Source: Chrysomallon squamiferum (lineage: Eukaryota; Animalia; Mollusca). From it: 64,000 nt of DNA. The notes under the pieces were generated by a model. The model did no database searches. It was not told where the DNA came from and saw only the letters and a program-made list of their open reading frames with translations. This document shows, in pieces, positions 34,287 to 48,670 of the stretch. Each line of letters starts with the position of its first letter. The first letter of the stretch is position 1. The position numbers and the translations under genes are program-made. Location of the stretch: NCBI GenBank assembly GCA_012295275.1, contig CM022676.1, forward strand, positions 18,290,001-18,354,000, in the 5' to 3' direction.

Positions 34287-37200
34287 TCTGAACACAAACC
34301 TATGTATCAAATTCTGTTTACAATATCTTAATATTATTTATAATTGGTGAATATTTCATTTTATAAAATAAAATAAAATATATCTATTAAAATTAAAAAT
34401 ATAAATCAATTTCATAGGTAAAAAATAAAAAAAATAAAAAAATATCACCATTTAGTTTACTGTCAGCAAGAACAAAATAAAAAATAAAAAGATATTTGGT
34501 GTATAAATGGAAAATCTAATTTTCATATATTTATTTTTTATTGTTTTTAGTGCTGATATCAAACAAGGATTGGAATATACATTAATGATTTAATCATTTC
34601 TTTCTGGAATGTAACAGCAAAATGCAGCTTTCATTCTTGTTATTCCATATTATGATTTTAATGGGTTTTTTTTTTTTCTTTTTTTGTTGATGTCTGCCTG
34701 CTTAATGGATGTGTTATCTTCAAAAAAGAGTAATCACTCTTTGGTCTTCTGATACTCTTCATTTCAATTTAATATGGTATCTGTAATATTTTTTATTTTT
34801 TATTTTTCATTGTTGTTGTTGTTATGATAAGATAAAACTGTAAAATTTTGAAATTGTTGCAGGAGTGACTATTACTTGTGGCACTGTTATGTGATGACTG
34901 CTAGTTACAAACAGAAATATACTACAATCCTACCACTGAGTCTACTTATGTTCCATTGTTTTCTAAATCTTCACAGTTTTCTAAATCAACTTGTCTACTT
35001 GAATAATCAAAATAAATCATTAGATGAGATTGTTACACAAACAAAAATGTTTCTCTTGAAGAAGAAAACATTTAATGAAAGTGACCATCAAATTTTCACT
35101 TAACACAAATTTTTGTACCCTTCATTCCACTTTATTTCTTATTTTATTTTAAATTTAAATCATTATTTTTTATATTATTTTTTATATTTTAAATACATTT
35201 AAAAACTGAACAAAAACTAGACCTATTTACTTGATCATATTGCTGTTGATAACATTTTTCTTGTGAATAATCATCACACAATAAGATTTTGCTGAAACAA
35301 CAGATAAAACCTTTTTTTATTTTTTTTATAAATATTTTATTTTAAATTTGTTTAAAAACAAAACAGTATTTAACAAAACTAAGTATTTACTTTTGTGTGT
35401 GTGTTTTTTCATCAATATTTTTCTTATCAGTAGCTACATAATATTTTTAATTTTATTTTTTTTATTATTATTTTTGTTTAACAAAACTATGCCTATTTAC
35501 TTTATCAAACATTTGTACTGAAGTTTTTCTTGTAAGTAGTCACACATTAAGATTCTGTTGAAACAAAACATTTAAATATTTTTAATTGGTATTTTTTCTT
35601 GTTTTTATTTTTTTCTTTTTTTTTAAAATTTTGTTTAAAAACAAAACCAAGGCTATTTACTTGTATATATTTATATTGATATAGTTTTTGTTATCAGTAG
35701 ACACACATTAAGATTCTGTTGAAAAAAGATATTAATGTTTTTGACAATACATGTCTATTGTTTGATATATAGCTGGTAATGCACTTACGAATTTCAAGAC
35801 AAGCATTCTGTCCTGGTGCAAGATCTTTCAAGGTATTGTTAGTTTGAAGACAGGTTTCTTTCCTTGGGTGAGATGTTGTAAAGCATTAATCTTAAGTCAA
35901 ACATTCTTTCTCTCAGATTCTGTAAAAAAATATTTCTTAATTTTAAAGATTCTTTCTTTGAATAGGATTTCATTAAGCTTCTGTATTTTCAGAGAAAATG
36001 AGATCTTTTTAAAGCGTCAGTTTTAGGACAAACATTCTGTCCTCAGTCACAAATTTGTAAAGTATTAGTCAGTCTGTTATGTCAAATCTTTGATATTTGT
36101 AAACATAAGAGATTATGTACACTTGTTTTATTTATAATGTATAGTAGTGGTGTTACATAACCAAGCATTTCTTAGCGAAGGAAACAATATGAAAGTGTTG
36201 CAACACCTTCGTTCTCGTTATCATAATCTTCTACATTTTCTTTTTTTTAATTATTATTACAGGTTTATGTTTGGATTGTGCAGATTTCAAAAACTTTCCT
36301 TTCTAACACCCATCTCTTTCATAATTATTCCTAGGAATTAAAAAACAAATGACCTGATCAGATATTTATTTATTTAATTATTATTAATTGTTAACATTAC
36401 TGCAATGTCTTCTTGTTGAGCCATTATCGAAAAAGGATGTGATTTCTATTTAAAAAAAAATTTCCTGTACATTATAAATTATAGATAATCAACATATATT
36501 TTATAACAAACTTTTTCTGATAGAGCAACAGTACAGCAAAAAAACAACAATAGAAACAACCTTCAACTAAAGATTTCTGCAAGGTTTGGATCCTTTTTAA
36601 ATTTACTTGTTTAAATTAAAACCATTTTTATTTGATTTTGTTGTTTGAAGATAACAGGAAAGTGTCATAACCAGCAGTCTGTTTTTTGCAGAGCTTGGTT
36701 CCCTCAAATAAATCATAGTTTGGTTTATTTCTTTGCAGTGAACAATTTGTTTCGCTGGTCTTGGTGCACTACTGTTTTATATTTTGTTTTGTTATTTCAT
36801 TTGGTGATCATAACAAAGTGAGAGAGTATCTGATAATTGCAGCATAATGCATGTTACAGGATTCGTACGTGTTTTGCAAAGTTTTTAAAATTCATCGCTA
36901 TGTTTTCCAGGATCTTAACAGTTGTGGAAAATTATGTTCTTGCTGTAAATAAAATGTATGAAAAACTGGTTTGTTTCACCAGTATCAATGATGTGCTGTT
37001 ATAGCCTAGCCAAAGAAAATGGTTCCATTTTGGTAGTGGTTTCGTTTTAGCCTGATCCTGAAAAATTAACTAAGGCTGTTGTCAGGTACTGATGTAGCCT
37101 AGCCAACAAAAATGGTTTGACTAAAATCTAATAGTTCAGGAAGACTGTTATACAGCAAAAATACCCATTGAAACTGAGGTTGTAAACTGTGAACTGATAA

Positions 37201-37754
37201 AACTGAGAGAGAAGTCTAACTAATTTTTGGAAAAGCTATGGAAATTTTGACGGCCCAAAGTGTATGAACCGTGTGAAATTTAATTTCTCTTGAGAAATGA
37301 TTTATCTGTAAAATTTGTTTTTATATATTTTTTGAGTTTTTTTTTTTTTTTTTTTTATAGAGATGGAAGACAAACTGAAAATGTCAGTTACAAACGGTGA
37401 TATATTCCTAAAAGCAGAGTAAAATGCCTGTCACACTCTTTAATATTTGGTTCTGCTTGACCCAGATACTTTGTAATAACTCTGTGTAAACTATAAACAT
37501 TAATTACTTAAATATTTAATGAGAAATAATCATTGTACATTTTGTTGTAGTTCAAGATTTGATCATACTCTTATCTTCCATTCAGGGAAGTTTTATGATT
37601 CAGAAACATCAGTTCAGTTCTCTAGTGATAAAATATGTCTAAAACTTCAGTTTGTCATGCATGCATCACTTCTTGTCGTAAAGAATACATAGTGTGACAG
37701 TATTTTCAATCAGACTTACTGATGTTCTTTTCTCCAGACAACATTATTATTGTA

Positions 37755-38877
37755 TTTTCAACAGAGAAGATAATCTGTGTGTTGCCTCGATGATATCAGC
37801 AAGATTTCACTGGTCAGTACCCCAGTATTAATTTCCAGTCATTCTTGATTGTCGTATTGCCTACTACTTACAAATACCACAATGTCATTTTGTTCAGTAC
37901 ATCACTTTATATTAAGATAAGTTGGTTTGATCCATTGGTGTATTTTTTGGTTTTGTTTTGAGAAACATGTTTCATACACTCTGTTAATTTCTTTCCTGTT
38001 GCCAGTAAATATCTACAGGATATTTCAACAAAATTTGCTATTTATTCAATTGTATTGTAGGAATATAGATACAAGAATGAACATTACAAATGAATATTCT
38101 ACAGATAAGATTATGTGTATATTGCCTGGATGATATCAGCAAGGTTTCACTGAACAGTACACCAGTATAAACTTCCAGTCATTCTTGATTTGGGTATTGT
38201 CTGTTACGTACAAATATCGAATGTCATTTTGTTCAGATGATGGTCATGTCAACATTTTGTTCAGTACATCACTTCATGTCATTAAGATTTGGTTTGATCC
38301 TTTTTTTCTTTTTTTTCTTCAGAAACATGTTTCATACACTCACTCAATTTCTTGCCTGTTGCCAGTAAATATCTGCAGGATATTTCTACAAATTTCGCTT
38401 TTTGGTCATTTGTATCCTTTTGCTAGAAATTCATTGGAGTTTTTTTTTTATTGTTACTTTTACATTGGTTCTTAACTAAAATGAGGAGAAATTAGGTTTT
38501 TCAACTGAAATTAATTTTCAATTACATTAGATACAGGTATTTTATTTTGTAGAGAAAAGTATAAATTAATATTCAACAGATAATTGTTCAGATGATAAAA
38601 ACAAGGTTTCACTGGCAAGTTGATACTGTTTTTATCATTAAAGATTTTTCTAGAATTATTTACACTTCTGTTTTTTTTAATATTTTACCTATCACCAGTA
38701 TATGAGATCATATCTATTGTTTTCTTTTAAAAAGTCAATCAGGTTTGAAAATGTGTTCTACTTCTAATGGTAAAGCTGTTACTTAGATCTAACGCACATT
38801 TTGAAAACACAGAGCTTGTTATGGTTCTGGACATCTGTAGACAAGAACTTGTCAGCTGCATTTTCAAAATACCTTTT

Positions 38878-38912
<35 letters not shown>

Positions 38913-41652
38913 TTTTTTTAATGTTTTGTTCACTCGACAGCTAAGTAAGGTGCGGTCTGAGAATTTCAAATAAATGTTTCAGTTACATTTTCAGAGTCGA
39001 GTACAAATGAGGCTTCTCTTGATTCGGACTATGTTCAGTGATACTTTTCACAGTCAACATCATCACTGCATTTTAAAAAAATACCAACAGATAATTCCTA
39101 GATTGATCTTTTATAAAACCTTACTATTTAAAAAATAGGGCATGCATCTTAAAAATCATTTTAAAATAATCATGAATCTTCTTGTTTCAAGAAACATTTC
39201 CATTAATAGGTTGTAGTTACAATAAGGCCGATTCTTTTTCTGAAATATTTCCTGAAAACATATCACAAACAGATTGATCTCTTCTTCCAGATGTAAAAAG
39301 AATATGTTGAGTGTTTTATTTGTTTTCCTTTTTTGCTTTTTCAAGTATAGATACAAGAGAGAACATTTTGAATGAATATTCTACAGATAAGATTATGTGT
39401 CTGTTGCTTGGATCATAACAAGATTTCACTGGACAGTACACTAGTATAACCTTCCAGTCATTTCTAATTTGAATACCGACTTCTACTTTTAAATGTCACA
39501 AATGTCATTTTGTTCAGATGACAGACCTCGCAACATTTTCTCCAAGACCTCACTTCATGTCATTAAGATAAGTTGGTTTGATCCTTTGTTCACTTTTTTG
39601 AGAAACGTGTTCCATGCATTCTGTTAGTTTTTTTCCTGTTGCCAGCAAATATCTGCAGGTTATTTGAAGAAACTGCTTTTTGGTCATTTGTATTCTTTTG
39701 CTAGAAATACATTGGATTTTTTTTATTGTTTTTTTACATCAGTTCTCACTAAAAGGAGGAGAAAATTAGGATTTTGAAATGAAATTAATTTTCAGTTACA
39801 TTATACAGGTATTTTATTTTGTAGAGAAAAATATAAATTAGTATTCAACAGATAAAAATTGTGTGTTCTGTAGTGAACGTTATAAATGAATATTCTAATT
39901 CTTTTAGTTTTAAATTACTATTTATTTATTTTTTACATTGTTACATCTCATTAGTTTACATACAGTGTAGTTACATATTCTAACATACCATGTATTTTCT
40001 ATTGCTGATGGTAACTTTCTGTCTGAACTTGGTGTGAATGTTCAGTGACTAACAACACATTTTGCTATTTCTTACAGATTCACTGCTTTTGTGATATTTC
40101 ACCTGGAACAAAATCTGGTTTGAAATATTTTGTATATAGGCCAGTATAAATGAGTTTTTCTAATTTCAATATGGTCGTCTTCGTAAGAAAATAGGTCCTG
40201 AAAACATACCACAAGAAATTAGTGTTTTTTGTACTCTTTTTTCATTTTTTCTTTCCCTTTTGTTTTTGTTTTTCTTTCTTCTTCTTCTTCTTTTTTTTTT
40301 TTTTTTAAATTTAATGTCTTTAGAGAAATAATGTATGTATTGTATGTCTTCATACTTACTGTCATCATAAGAAACAAATAAATAATATGAAAAATATTAA
40401 ACAATAAATTAATTTTCAAAAATGGTTAAAAATTGGTTCAACTTCTTTTAGTTTTGTGGGTTCCTGTTTTTCAACTTCTTTGTTTTACCAAATATAGGTA
40501 CAAGAAAGAACATTTTGAATGAATATTCTACAGATAAGATTATGTGTGTGTTGCTTGGATCATAAGATTTCACTGGACAGTACACTAGAATAACCTTCCA
40601 GTCATTTCTGATTTGAATACTGACTTCTACTTTTAAATATCACAAATGTCATTTTGTTCAGATGACAGACTTCAGAACATTTTGTCCAAGACCTCACTTC
40701 ATGTCATTAAGATAAGTTGGTTTGATCCTTTCTTCACTTTTTTGAGAAACGTGTTCCATGCATTCTGTTAGTTTCTTTCCTGTTGCCAGAAAATATCTGC
40801 AGGTTATTTCAATAAACTGCTTTTTGGTTATTTGTATCCTTTTGCTAGAAATACATTGGACTTTTTTCTATTGGTTTTTACATCAGTTCTCACTAAAAGG
40901 AGGAGAAAATTAGGATTTTGAAATGAAATTAATTTTCAGTTACATTATACAGGTATTTTATTTTGTAGAGAAAAATATAAATTAGTATTCAACAGATAAA
41001 AATTGTGTGTTCTGTAGTGAACGTTATAAATGAATATTCTAATTCTTTTAGTTTTAAATTACTATTTATTTATTGTTTACATTGTTACATCTCATTAGTT
41101 TAAGGTACAAGAAAGAACATTTTGAATGAATATTCTACAGATAAGATTATGTGTGTGTTGCTTGGATCATAACAAGATTTCACTGGACAGTACACTAGAA
41201 TAACCTTCCAGTCATTTCTGATTTGAATACTGCTACTTTTAAATCTCACAAATGTCATTTTGTTTGGATGACAGACCTCACAACATTTTTTCCAAGACCT
41301 CACTTCATGTCATTAAGATAAGTTGGTTTGATCCTTTGTTCACTTTTTTGAGAAACGTGTTTGATGCATTCTGTCAGTTTCTTTCCTGTTGCCAGAAAAT
41401 ATCTGCAGGTTATTTCAACAAACTGCTTTTTGGTCATTTGTATCCTTTGCTAGAAATACATTGAACTTTTTTTTATTGTTTTTTTACATCAGTTCTCACT
41501 AAAAGGAGGAGAAAATTAGGATTTTAAACTGAAATTAATTTCCAGTTACATAATACAGGTATTTTATTTTGTAGAGAAAAATATAAATTAATATTGACTA
41601 GATAAAAATTGTTTTGTATATTCAACATTATAAATGAGTATTCTATTTCTTC
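37755..41652. repeat. Cluster of about 550-600-bp duplicated segments (near 38065, 39345, 40495, 41103, plus a partial copy at 37755)
   Basis: Recurrent block gaatattctacagataagattatgtgt..gatttcactggacagtacac..aatgtcattttgttcagatg..cacttcatgtcattaagataagttggtttgatcc..caggtattttattttgtagagaaaa. The copies at 40495 and 41103 are in tandem. Confidence 0.9.
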
Positions 41653-42345
41653 AGTGCCCATGATGGCGTGCTTGAACCGCCGTCCTATCCCTCTTGCATT
41701 CCTTTACTATGGCAGGGGGGAGGTCAGGGTCGTCGAAGGGTCACGTGCCGTAACTTCGCAGCCATTTTTTTTTTCCCACACCCGCACCCCCATTGTGACC
41801 TGCTACATAAATTCTGTCTAGACTCTCTGCAGTTCTGGTTCCGGGTGTCGGTCGGAGTGGAGGGTGGGTGAGGGAGCGTTGTCCTGACAAGCAGGGCAAG
41901 TAGATCGGCTGCTGGTTGAAAAACTTGTTAATGATGCACCACATCTTCGGGTTCGGGAACTTGGCAGCAGCTACGAAGTCTCGCAAGCGGTCTGGATCGT
42001 CTTGGAGGTCCGCCAGGTATTGCAGCTGTTTGAGCAGAAGTCGTCTGCTAGAGTCGCATCCAGTTTGTCGGTCATGTCATGCTCCATTCTGTCCACGATT
42101 CACCTGCGCAGACAAATTCAAAAAAAAATTCCTGAATGTGCGTTATTATTATATTATATATAAGTTATTAGCCTTTATGGGTTCTGTGGATTATCTGAAA
42201 AGAAAACAGATTAAATTTAGATAATTGTAGTTATAAAATTTTAAATAATACAGCACAAATACCACAGTTATAATGAAGACCATTGTAATAATAAAACCCT
42301 AACCCTAACCCACATGCTGTCCACCTAGTTTTGGACCACCGTGCA
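41653..42345. mobile_element. GC/CpG-rich insertion, probable transposon fragment (possibly Helentron-like)
   Basis: There is an abrupt GC/CpG rise at 41653-42110 that truncates the last 600-bp repeat copy. A minus-strand frame reads RRLLLKQLQYLADLQDDPDRLRDFVAAAKFPNPKMW. Short (CCCTAA)n at about 42294-42310 is followed by a small gtcca..tggac hairpin. Confidence 0.4.
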
Positions 42346-43759
42346 TTTAGTTATACCATATATGAAAATAGGTCTGTTCTCGTAAAGTATATATTTTTGA
42401 GGTTTTTAACTTGTGAATGATGTGTAAGCTGTTATTTATTAAACACAAAAACACAGCATGTAAAATAAAAAAAATAAAAAAAGTCAGATCATACATTAAA
42501 CAAAACATTTACAGTTAGAAAAAATGGCCTTAATGAACATTTGTTTTCATGTTTTTTTTTTTTTTTTTTTTTTTTTTTTGATATATTGTGGATCTTTGAT
42601 CTTGGTTCCTAACACTTTTTCTTTTTTCTTTTTATATCATTTTTTCATTTCAGTTTTTTTTATTTATTTTATTTTATTTTTTTTTTATTTATTATTAATT
42701 TTTTTTTTCATTTATTTTTTATTATTATTATTATTATTTTGTGTGTGTGTGTGTGTTTGTGTGTGGTCTTTATTTGTGAAATAAATAATTTCATTACATA
42801 TAGAATAGAAACAAAATGTACAATCAGTGGCAACACAAAAGCAATCAAAAAACATTTGTGGACAAACATGATGATGACTTTCTGGGGTGACAGATTTCCG
42901 AATGTTGTGCTGGTTTCTCCTGGCGAGTTGCTGTCACTTCACGTAGTTCTTCCACTAATGGATCGAGCACAGTAACGTCTTCTTCACTTTGATGATCATC
43001 ACGATTCTATCTGTAATGTTTGGTCTGGTTCCTCAATTTTTTAATTTGTTGTTGTAGGTTTCATTTTTTTTTTTTTTGTTCACTTCTAGCAGCAGGTAAA
43101 ACGTTCACATTTTTCCACTTCTAATGATCACTTTGTCAGTTACTGATCAGTTAGAAAACAACATTTTCTTCATTCATCTTGTTTATTGTCATATCTTTTC
43201 TCCTTCTCAATATGTTTGATATCTCATCCAACTTCATGGAATATGGTAAACTTTTTAAAATATTTTGTGGGAAAATTAACTCACATGCACTAAAAAAACT
43301 ACAGTGTGTGCTCCTTTGTAAAATTATAAATGCTGAAATAATGTATGTGACCAGTGTAAATAAGAGTTCTCTAGATTGAAAGCTTTTGTTCAGTGATATT
43401 TTCATTATCACCATCTTCAGAACATTTATGTCTGTTTTCCCATGGTATGCCTTAGATCTTGTAGTTATCTTTACTGTGTAATAATAGGACATGTCTCATC
43501 TTGTAAATAATATTAAAATAAAAACATTTTGTTTCAATGTAGCTGAAACATTTCCTGGATTTTATAGTTTGTAATGTTTGAAAATTAGGCATACATGTTC
43601 TTGTAAATAATTTTTAAAAACATGAAATTATCTTGTGCTTTCAACATGAAAGACTAGTTTTATGAAACATTTCTTGAGAACATATCACAAAAAAGTACAG
43701 ATAAAACATTCAGAACATCATGAATAAATAGTTTACAGATATGATAATATGTGTGTGTA

Positions 43760-45990
43760 GCCTAGAACGATATCAACAAGATTTTACTGACAGTACACAA
43801 GTGTAAACTTCAAATAACCCTTGGATTGCATACTGTCTTCTGTTGTCTCTATATCATTTTGTTCACATGGTTTTCCAGTTATCATTTTGTGGAAAACTTC
43901 GCTTAGAATGATATCAACAAGATTTCACTGACAGTACACCAGTGTAAACTTCAAATAACCCTTGATTGCATACTGTCTTCTAATATCTCTGTCATTTTGT
44001 TCACATGGTTTTCCAGTCAACATTTTATGGAAAACTTCGCTTAGAATGATATTAACATTGCATACTGATTTAACATCTCTGTCATTTTGTTACACCAGTT
44101 AAATCTTCAAAAAACCCTTAGAATGATATTAACATTGCATACTGTCTTCTAATATCTCTGTCATTTTGTTCACATGGTTTTCCAGTTAACATTTTATGGA
44201 AAACTTCGCTTAGAATGATATTAACATTGCATACTGTCTTCTAATATCTCTGTCATTTTGTTCACATGGTTTTCCAGTTAACATCTTATGGAAAACTTCG
44301 CTTAGAATGATATTAACATTGCATACTGTCTTCTAATATCTCTGTCATTTTGTTCACATGGTTTTCCCATTATCATTTTGTGGAAAACTTTGCTTAGAAT
44401 GATATTAACAAGATTTCACTGACAGTACACCAGTGTAAACTTCAAATAACCCTTGGATTGCATACTGTCTTCTAATATCTCTGTTATTTTGTTCACATGG
44501 TTTTCCAGTCAACATTTTATGGAAAACTTCGCTTAGAATGATATTAACAAGATTTCACTGACAGTGCACAAGTGTAAACTTCAAATAACCCTTGCATTGC
44601 ATACTGTCTTCTAATATCTCTATGTCATTTTGTTCACATCGTTTTCCAGTGAACATATTATGGAACACTTCGCTTACATTGATATCAACAAGATTTCACT
44701 GACAGTACACAAGTGTAAACTTCAAATAACCCTTAGATTGCATACTGTCTTCTAATATCTCTGTCATTTTGTTCACATGGTTTTCCAGTTAGCATATTAT
44801 GGAAAACTTCGCTTAGAATGATATCTACAAGATTTCACTGACAGTACACAAGTGTAAACTTCAAATAACCCTTGCATTGCATACTGTCTTCTAATATCTA
44901 TGTCATTTTGTTCACATGGTTTTCCAGTCAACATGTTATGGAAAACTTCGCTTAGAATGATATCAACAAGATTTCACTGACAGTACACAAGTGTAAACTT
45001 CAAATAACCCTTGCATTGCATACTGTCTTCTGTTGTCTCTATATCATTTTGTTCACATGGTTTTCCAGTTAGCATCTTGTGGGAAACTTCGCTTAGAATG
45101 ATATCATCAAGATTTCACTAACAGTACACCAGTGTAAACTTCAAATAACCCTTGCATTGCATACTGTCTTCTAATATCTCTGTCATTTTGTTCACATGGT
45201 TTTCCAATTATCATTCTGTGGAAAACTTCGCTTAGAATGATATCAACAAGATTTCACTGGTAGTACACAAGTGTAAACTTCAAATAACCCTTGGACTGCA
45301 TACTGTCTTCTAATATCTCTGTCATTTTGTTCACATGGTTTTCCAGTTAACATCTGGTTGAAAACTTCGCTTAGAATGATATTAACAAAATTTCACTGAC
45401 AGTACACCAGTGTAAACTTCAAATAACCCTTGGATTGCATACTGTCTTCTAATATCTCTGTCATTTTGTTCACATGGTTTTCCCATTATCATTTTGTGGA
45501 AAACTTTGCTTACAATGATATTAACAAGATTTCACTGACAGTACACCAGTGTAAACTTCAAATAACCCTTGGATTGCATACTGTTCTAATATCTGTCATT
45601 TTGTTCACATGGTTTTCCTATTAGCATTCTGTGGAAAACTTCGCTTAGAATAATATCAACAAGATTTCACTGACAGTACACCAGTGTAAACTTGAAATAA
45701 CCCTTGCATTGCATACTGTTTTCTAATATCTATGTCATTTTGTGCACATGGTTTTCCAGTGAACATTTTATGGAAAACTTCGCTTAGAATGATATCAACA
45801 AGATTGTTCACATGGTTTTCCAATTATCATTCTGTGGAAAACTTTGCTTAGAATAATACCAACAAGATTTCACTGACAGTACACAAGTGTAAACTTCAAA
45901 TAAACGCTGGATTCCATACTGTCTTCTAATATCTGTCATTTTGTTCACATGGTTTTCCAGTTAGCATCTTGTGGAAAACTTCGCTTAGTG
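43760..45990. repeat. About 139-bp tandem satellite (about 18 units, some shortened to about 92 bp)
   Basis: Unit gcttagaatgatatcaacaagatttcactgacagtacaccagtgtaaacttcaaataacccttggattgcatactgtcttctaatatctctgtcattttgttcacatggttttccagttaacattttatggaaaacttc; starts at 44811, 44950, 45091, 45230. Confidence 0.95.
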
Positions 45991-46771
45991 TTGTTAACGG
46001 TAGTCTCTGTGACAGAAGAGTTTCACAGAGTTCTCGCGACACAACTGTCAACTAGTTTTCATATCACACTGAGCAGCACATACCAGACAAGCACAATAGT
46101 TGTGATGGTCGTGACTTCATTGTTCAGTTGTCTTTTCTTTTTTTTTCTTTTTTTATTTTAACATTTGTATGACATCCACTAGTCAATTTTATTGTTTGTT
46201 GTTAAGAAAAAAAAAATAATAATAATAAAACACCTGAAAAGACTTGGTTGCAGTTGGTTCCAGAAATAATTATCTTATTACAGCTCCAGATTTTTCATCT
46301 CTGAACAACATTTCTACACAGTTCTTCTCAGTACATTTTTATTCATTTGTTGCGACTCAGTCATTATGAGATTGGTTTGTGTTTCAGTTTTGCTTTTGGT
46401 ATGTAAAATGATTGACAGCTGGTCATCATTTTCCTTATTTTGTTCTTGACACATCTTTTTGGTGTTCAGATGTTTTCCTTTGAGGAGGTCTTCTCACAAC
46501 TGCTCACACTGAACAGAGTCAGGTATATGCTTTTCTGATAAAACTGATTTTATACAGTGTTAGAAGAACCCACCTCTGAGTTACCGCTCAGAAATCATAT
46601 ATCACTGAGTACTTCTAAATGTAAAGCTGTATCAGACCTAATCACATAAAATTACAGCAGCACACTGAGTTAAAATACTGACAGATCTTCTTTTCACTAA
46701 ATGTGTTGTCAGTTTTCTGTTTTATATTCCATGACAAAACTTGATATTGTCCATCCTCTGGTGTGTTCCTA

Positions 46772-48670
46772 TATATTCATGTACTAGTCTGAAAGTAAAC
46801 TAATATACAAACAAATCCTGTACATTCATGTACTAGTCTGACAGCAAACTAATATACAAACAAATCCTGTACATTCGTGTACTAGTCTGACAGTAAACTA
46901 ATATACAAACAAATCCTGTACATTCGTGTACTAGTCTGACAGTAAACTAATATACAAACAAATCCTGTACATTCGTGTACTAGTCTGACAGTAAACTAAT
47001 ATACAAACAAATCCTGTACATTCATGTACTAGTCTGACAGCAAACTAATATACAAACAAACAAATCCTGTACATTCGTGTACTAGTCTGACAGTAAACTA
47101 ATATACAAACAAATCCTGTACATTCGTGTACTAGTCTGACAGTAAACTAATATACAAACAAATCCTGTACATTAGTGTACTAGTCTGACAGTAAACTAAT
47201 ATACAAACAAACAAATCCTGTACATTCATGTACTAGTCTGACAGTAAACTAATATACAAACAAACAAATCCTGTACATTCATGTACTAGTCTGACAGGAA
47301 ACTAATACACAAACAAACAAATCCTGTACATTCGTGTACTAGTCTAACAGCAAACTAATATACAAACAAACAAATCCTGTACATTCATGTACTAGTCTGA
47401 CAGTAAACTAATATACAAACAAACAAATCCTGTACATTCATCTACTAGACTGACAGTAAACTAATATACAAACAAACAAATCCTGTACATTCATGTACTA
47501 GTCTGACAGTAAACTAATATACAAACAAACAAATCCTGTACATTCATGTACTAGTCTGACAGCAAACTAATATACAAACAAATCCTGTACATTCATATAC
47601 TAGTCTGACAGTAAACTAATACACAAACAAATCCTGTACATTCATGTACTAGTCTGACAGTAAACTAATACACAAACAAATCCTGTACATTCATGTACTA
47701 GTCTGACAGTAAACTAATACACAAACAAATCCTGTACATTCATGTACTAGTCTGACAGTAAACTAATACACAAACAAATCCTGTACATTCATGTACTAGT
47801 CTGACAGTAAACTAATACACAAACAAATCCTGTACATTCATGTACTAGTCTGACAGCAAACTAATATACAAACAAATCCTGTACATTCATGTACTAGTCT
47901 AACAGCAAACTAATATACAAACAAACAAATCCTGTACATTCATGTACTAGTCTGACAGCAAACTAATACACAAACAAACAAATCCTGTACATTCATGTAC
48001 TAGTCTGACAGTAAACTAATATACAAACAAACAAATCCTGTACATTCATGTACTAGTCTGACAGTAAACTAATATACAAACAAACAAATCCTGTACATTC
48101 ATGTACTAGTCTGACAGCAAACTAATACACAAACAAATCCTGTACATTCGTGTACTAGTCTGACAGCAAACTAATATACAAACAAACAAATCCTGTACAT
48201 TCGTGTACTAGTCTGACAGCAAACTAATACACAAACAAATCCTGTACATTCATGTACTAGTCTGACAGTAAACTAATATACAAACAAACAAATCCTGTAC
48301 ATTCATGTACTAGTCTGACAGCAAACTAATACACAAACAAATCCTGTACATTCGTGTACTAGTCTGACAGCAAACTAATATACAAACAAACAAATCCTGT
48401 ACATTCGTGTACTAGTCTGACAGCAAACTAATACACAAACAAATCCTGTACATTCATGTACTAGTCTGACAGTAAACTAATATACAAACAAATCCTGTAC
48501 ATTCATGTACTAGTCTGACAGTAAACTAATACACAAACAAATCCTGTATATTCATGTACTAGTCTGACAGTAAACTAATACACAAACAAACGAACGAATC
48601 CCATACATTCATATGTTGGGATGCCATTAAACAAGTACACAAACAAACAAACGAATCCCATACATTCCAG
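46772..48670. repeat. 49/53-bp minisatellite (about 36 copies)
   Basis: Unit tacattcatgtactagtctgacagtaaactaatatacaaa(caaa)caaatcctg. Confidence 0.97.

Noticed and set aside
42294-42310. (CCCTAA)n as a telomere or fusion site
   Set aside because: Fewer than three units; better explained as part of a transposon-like insert or chance.
43151-43492. 113-aa minus-strand ORF as an intact gene
   Set aside because: It is flanked by stop- and frameshift-ridden repetitive sequence and has no recognisable domain. It was treated as part of the decayed region.
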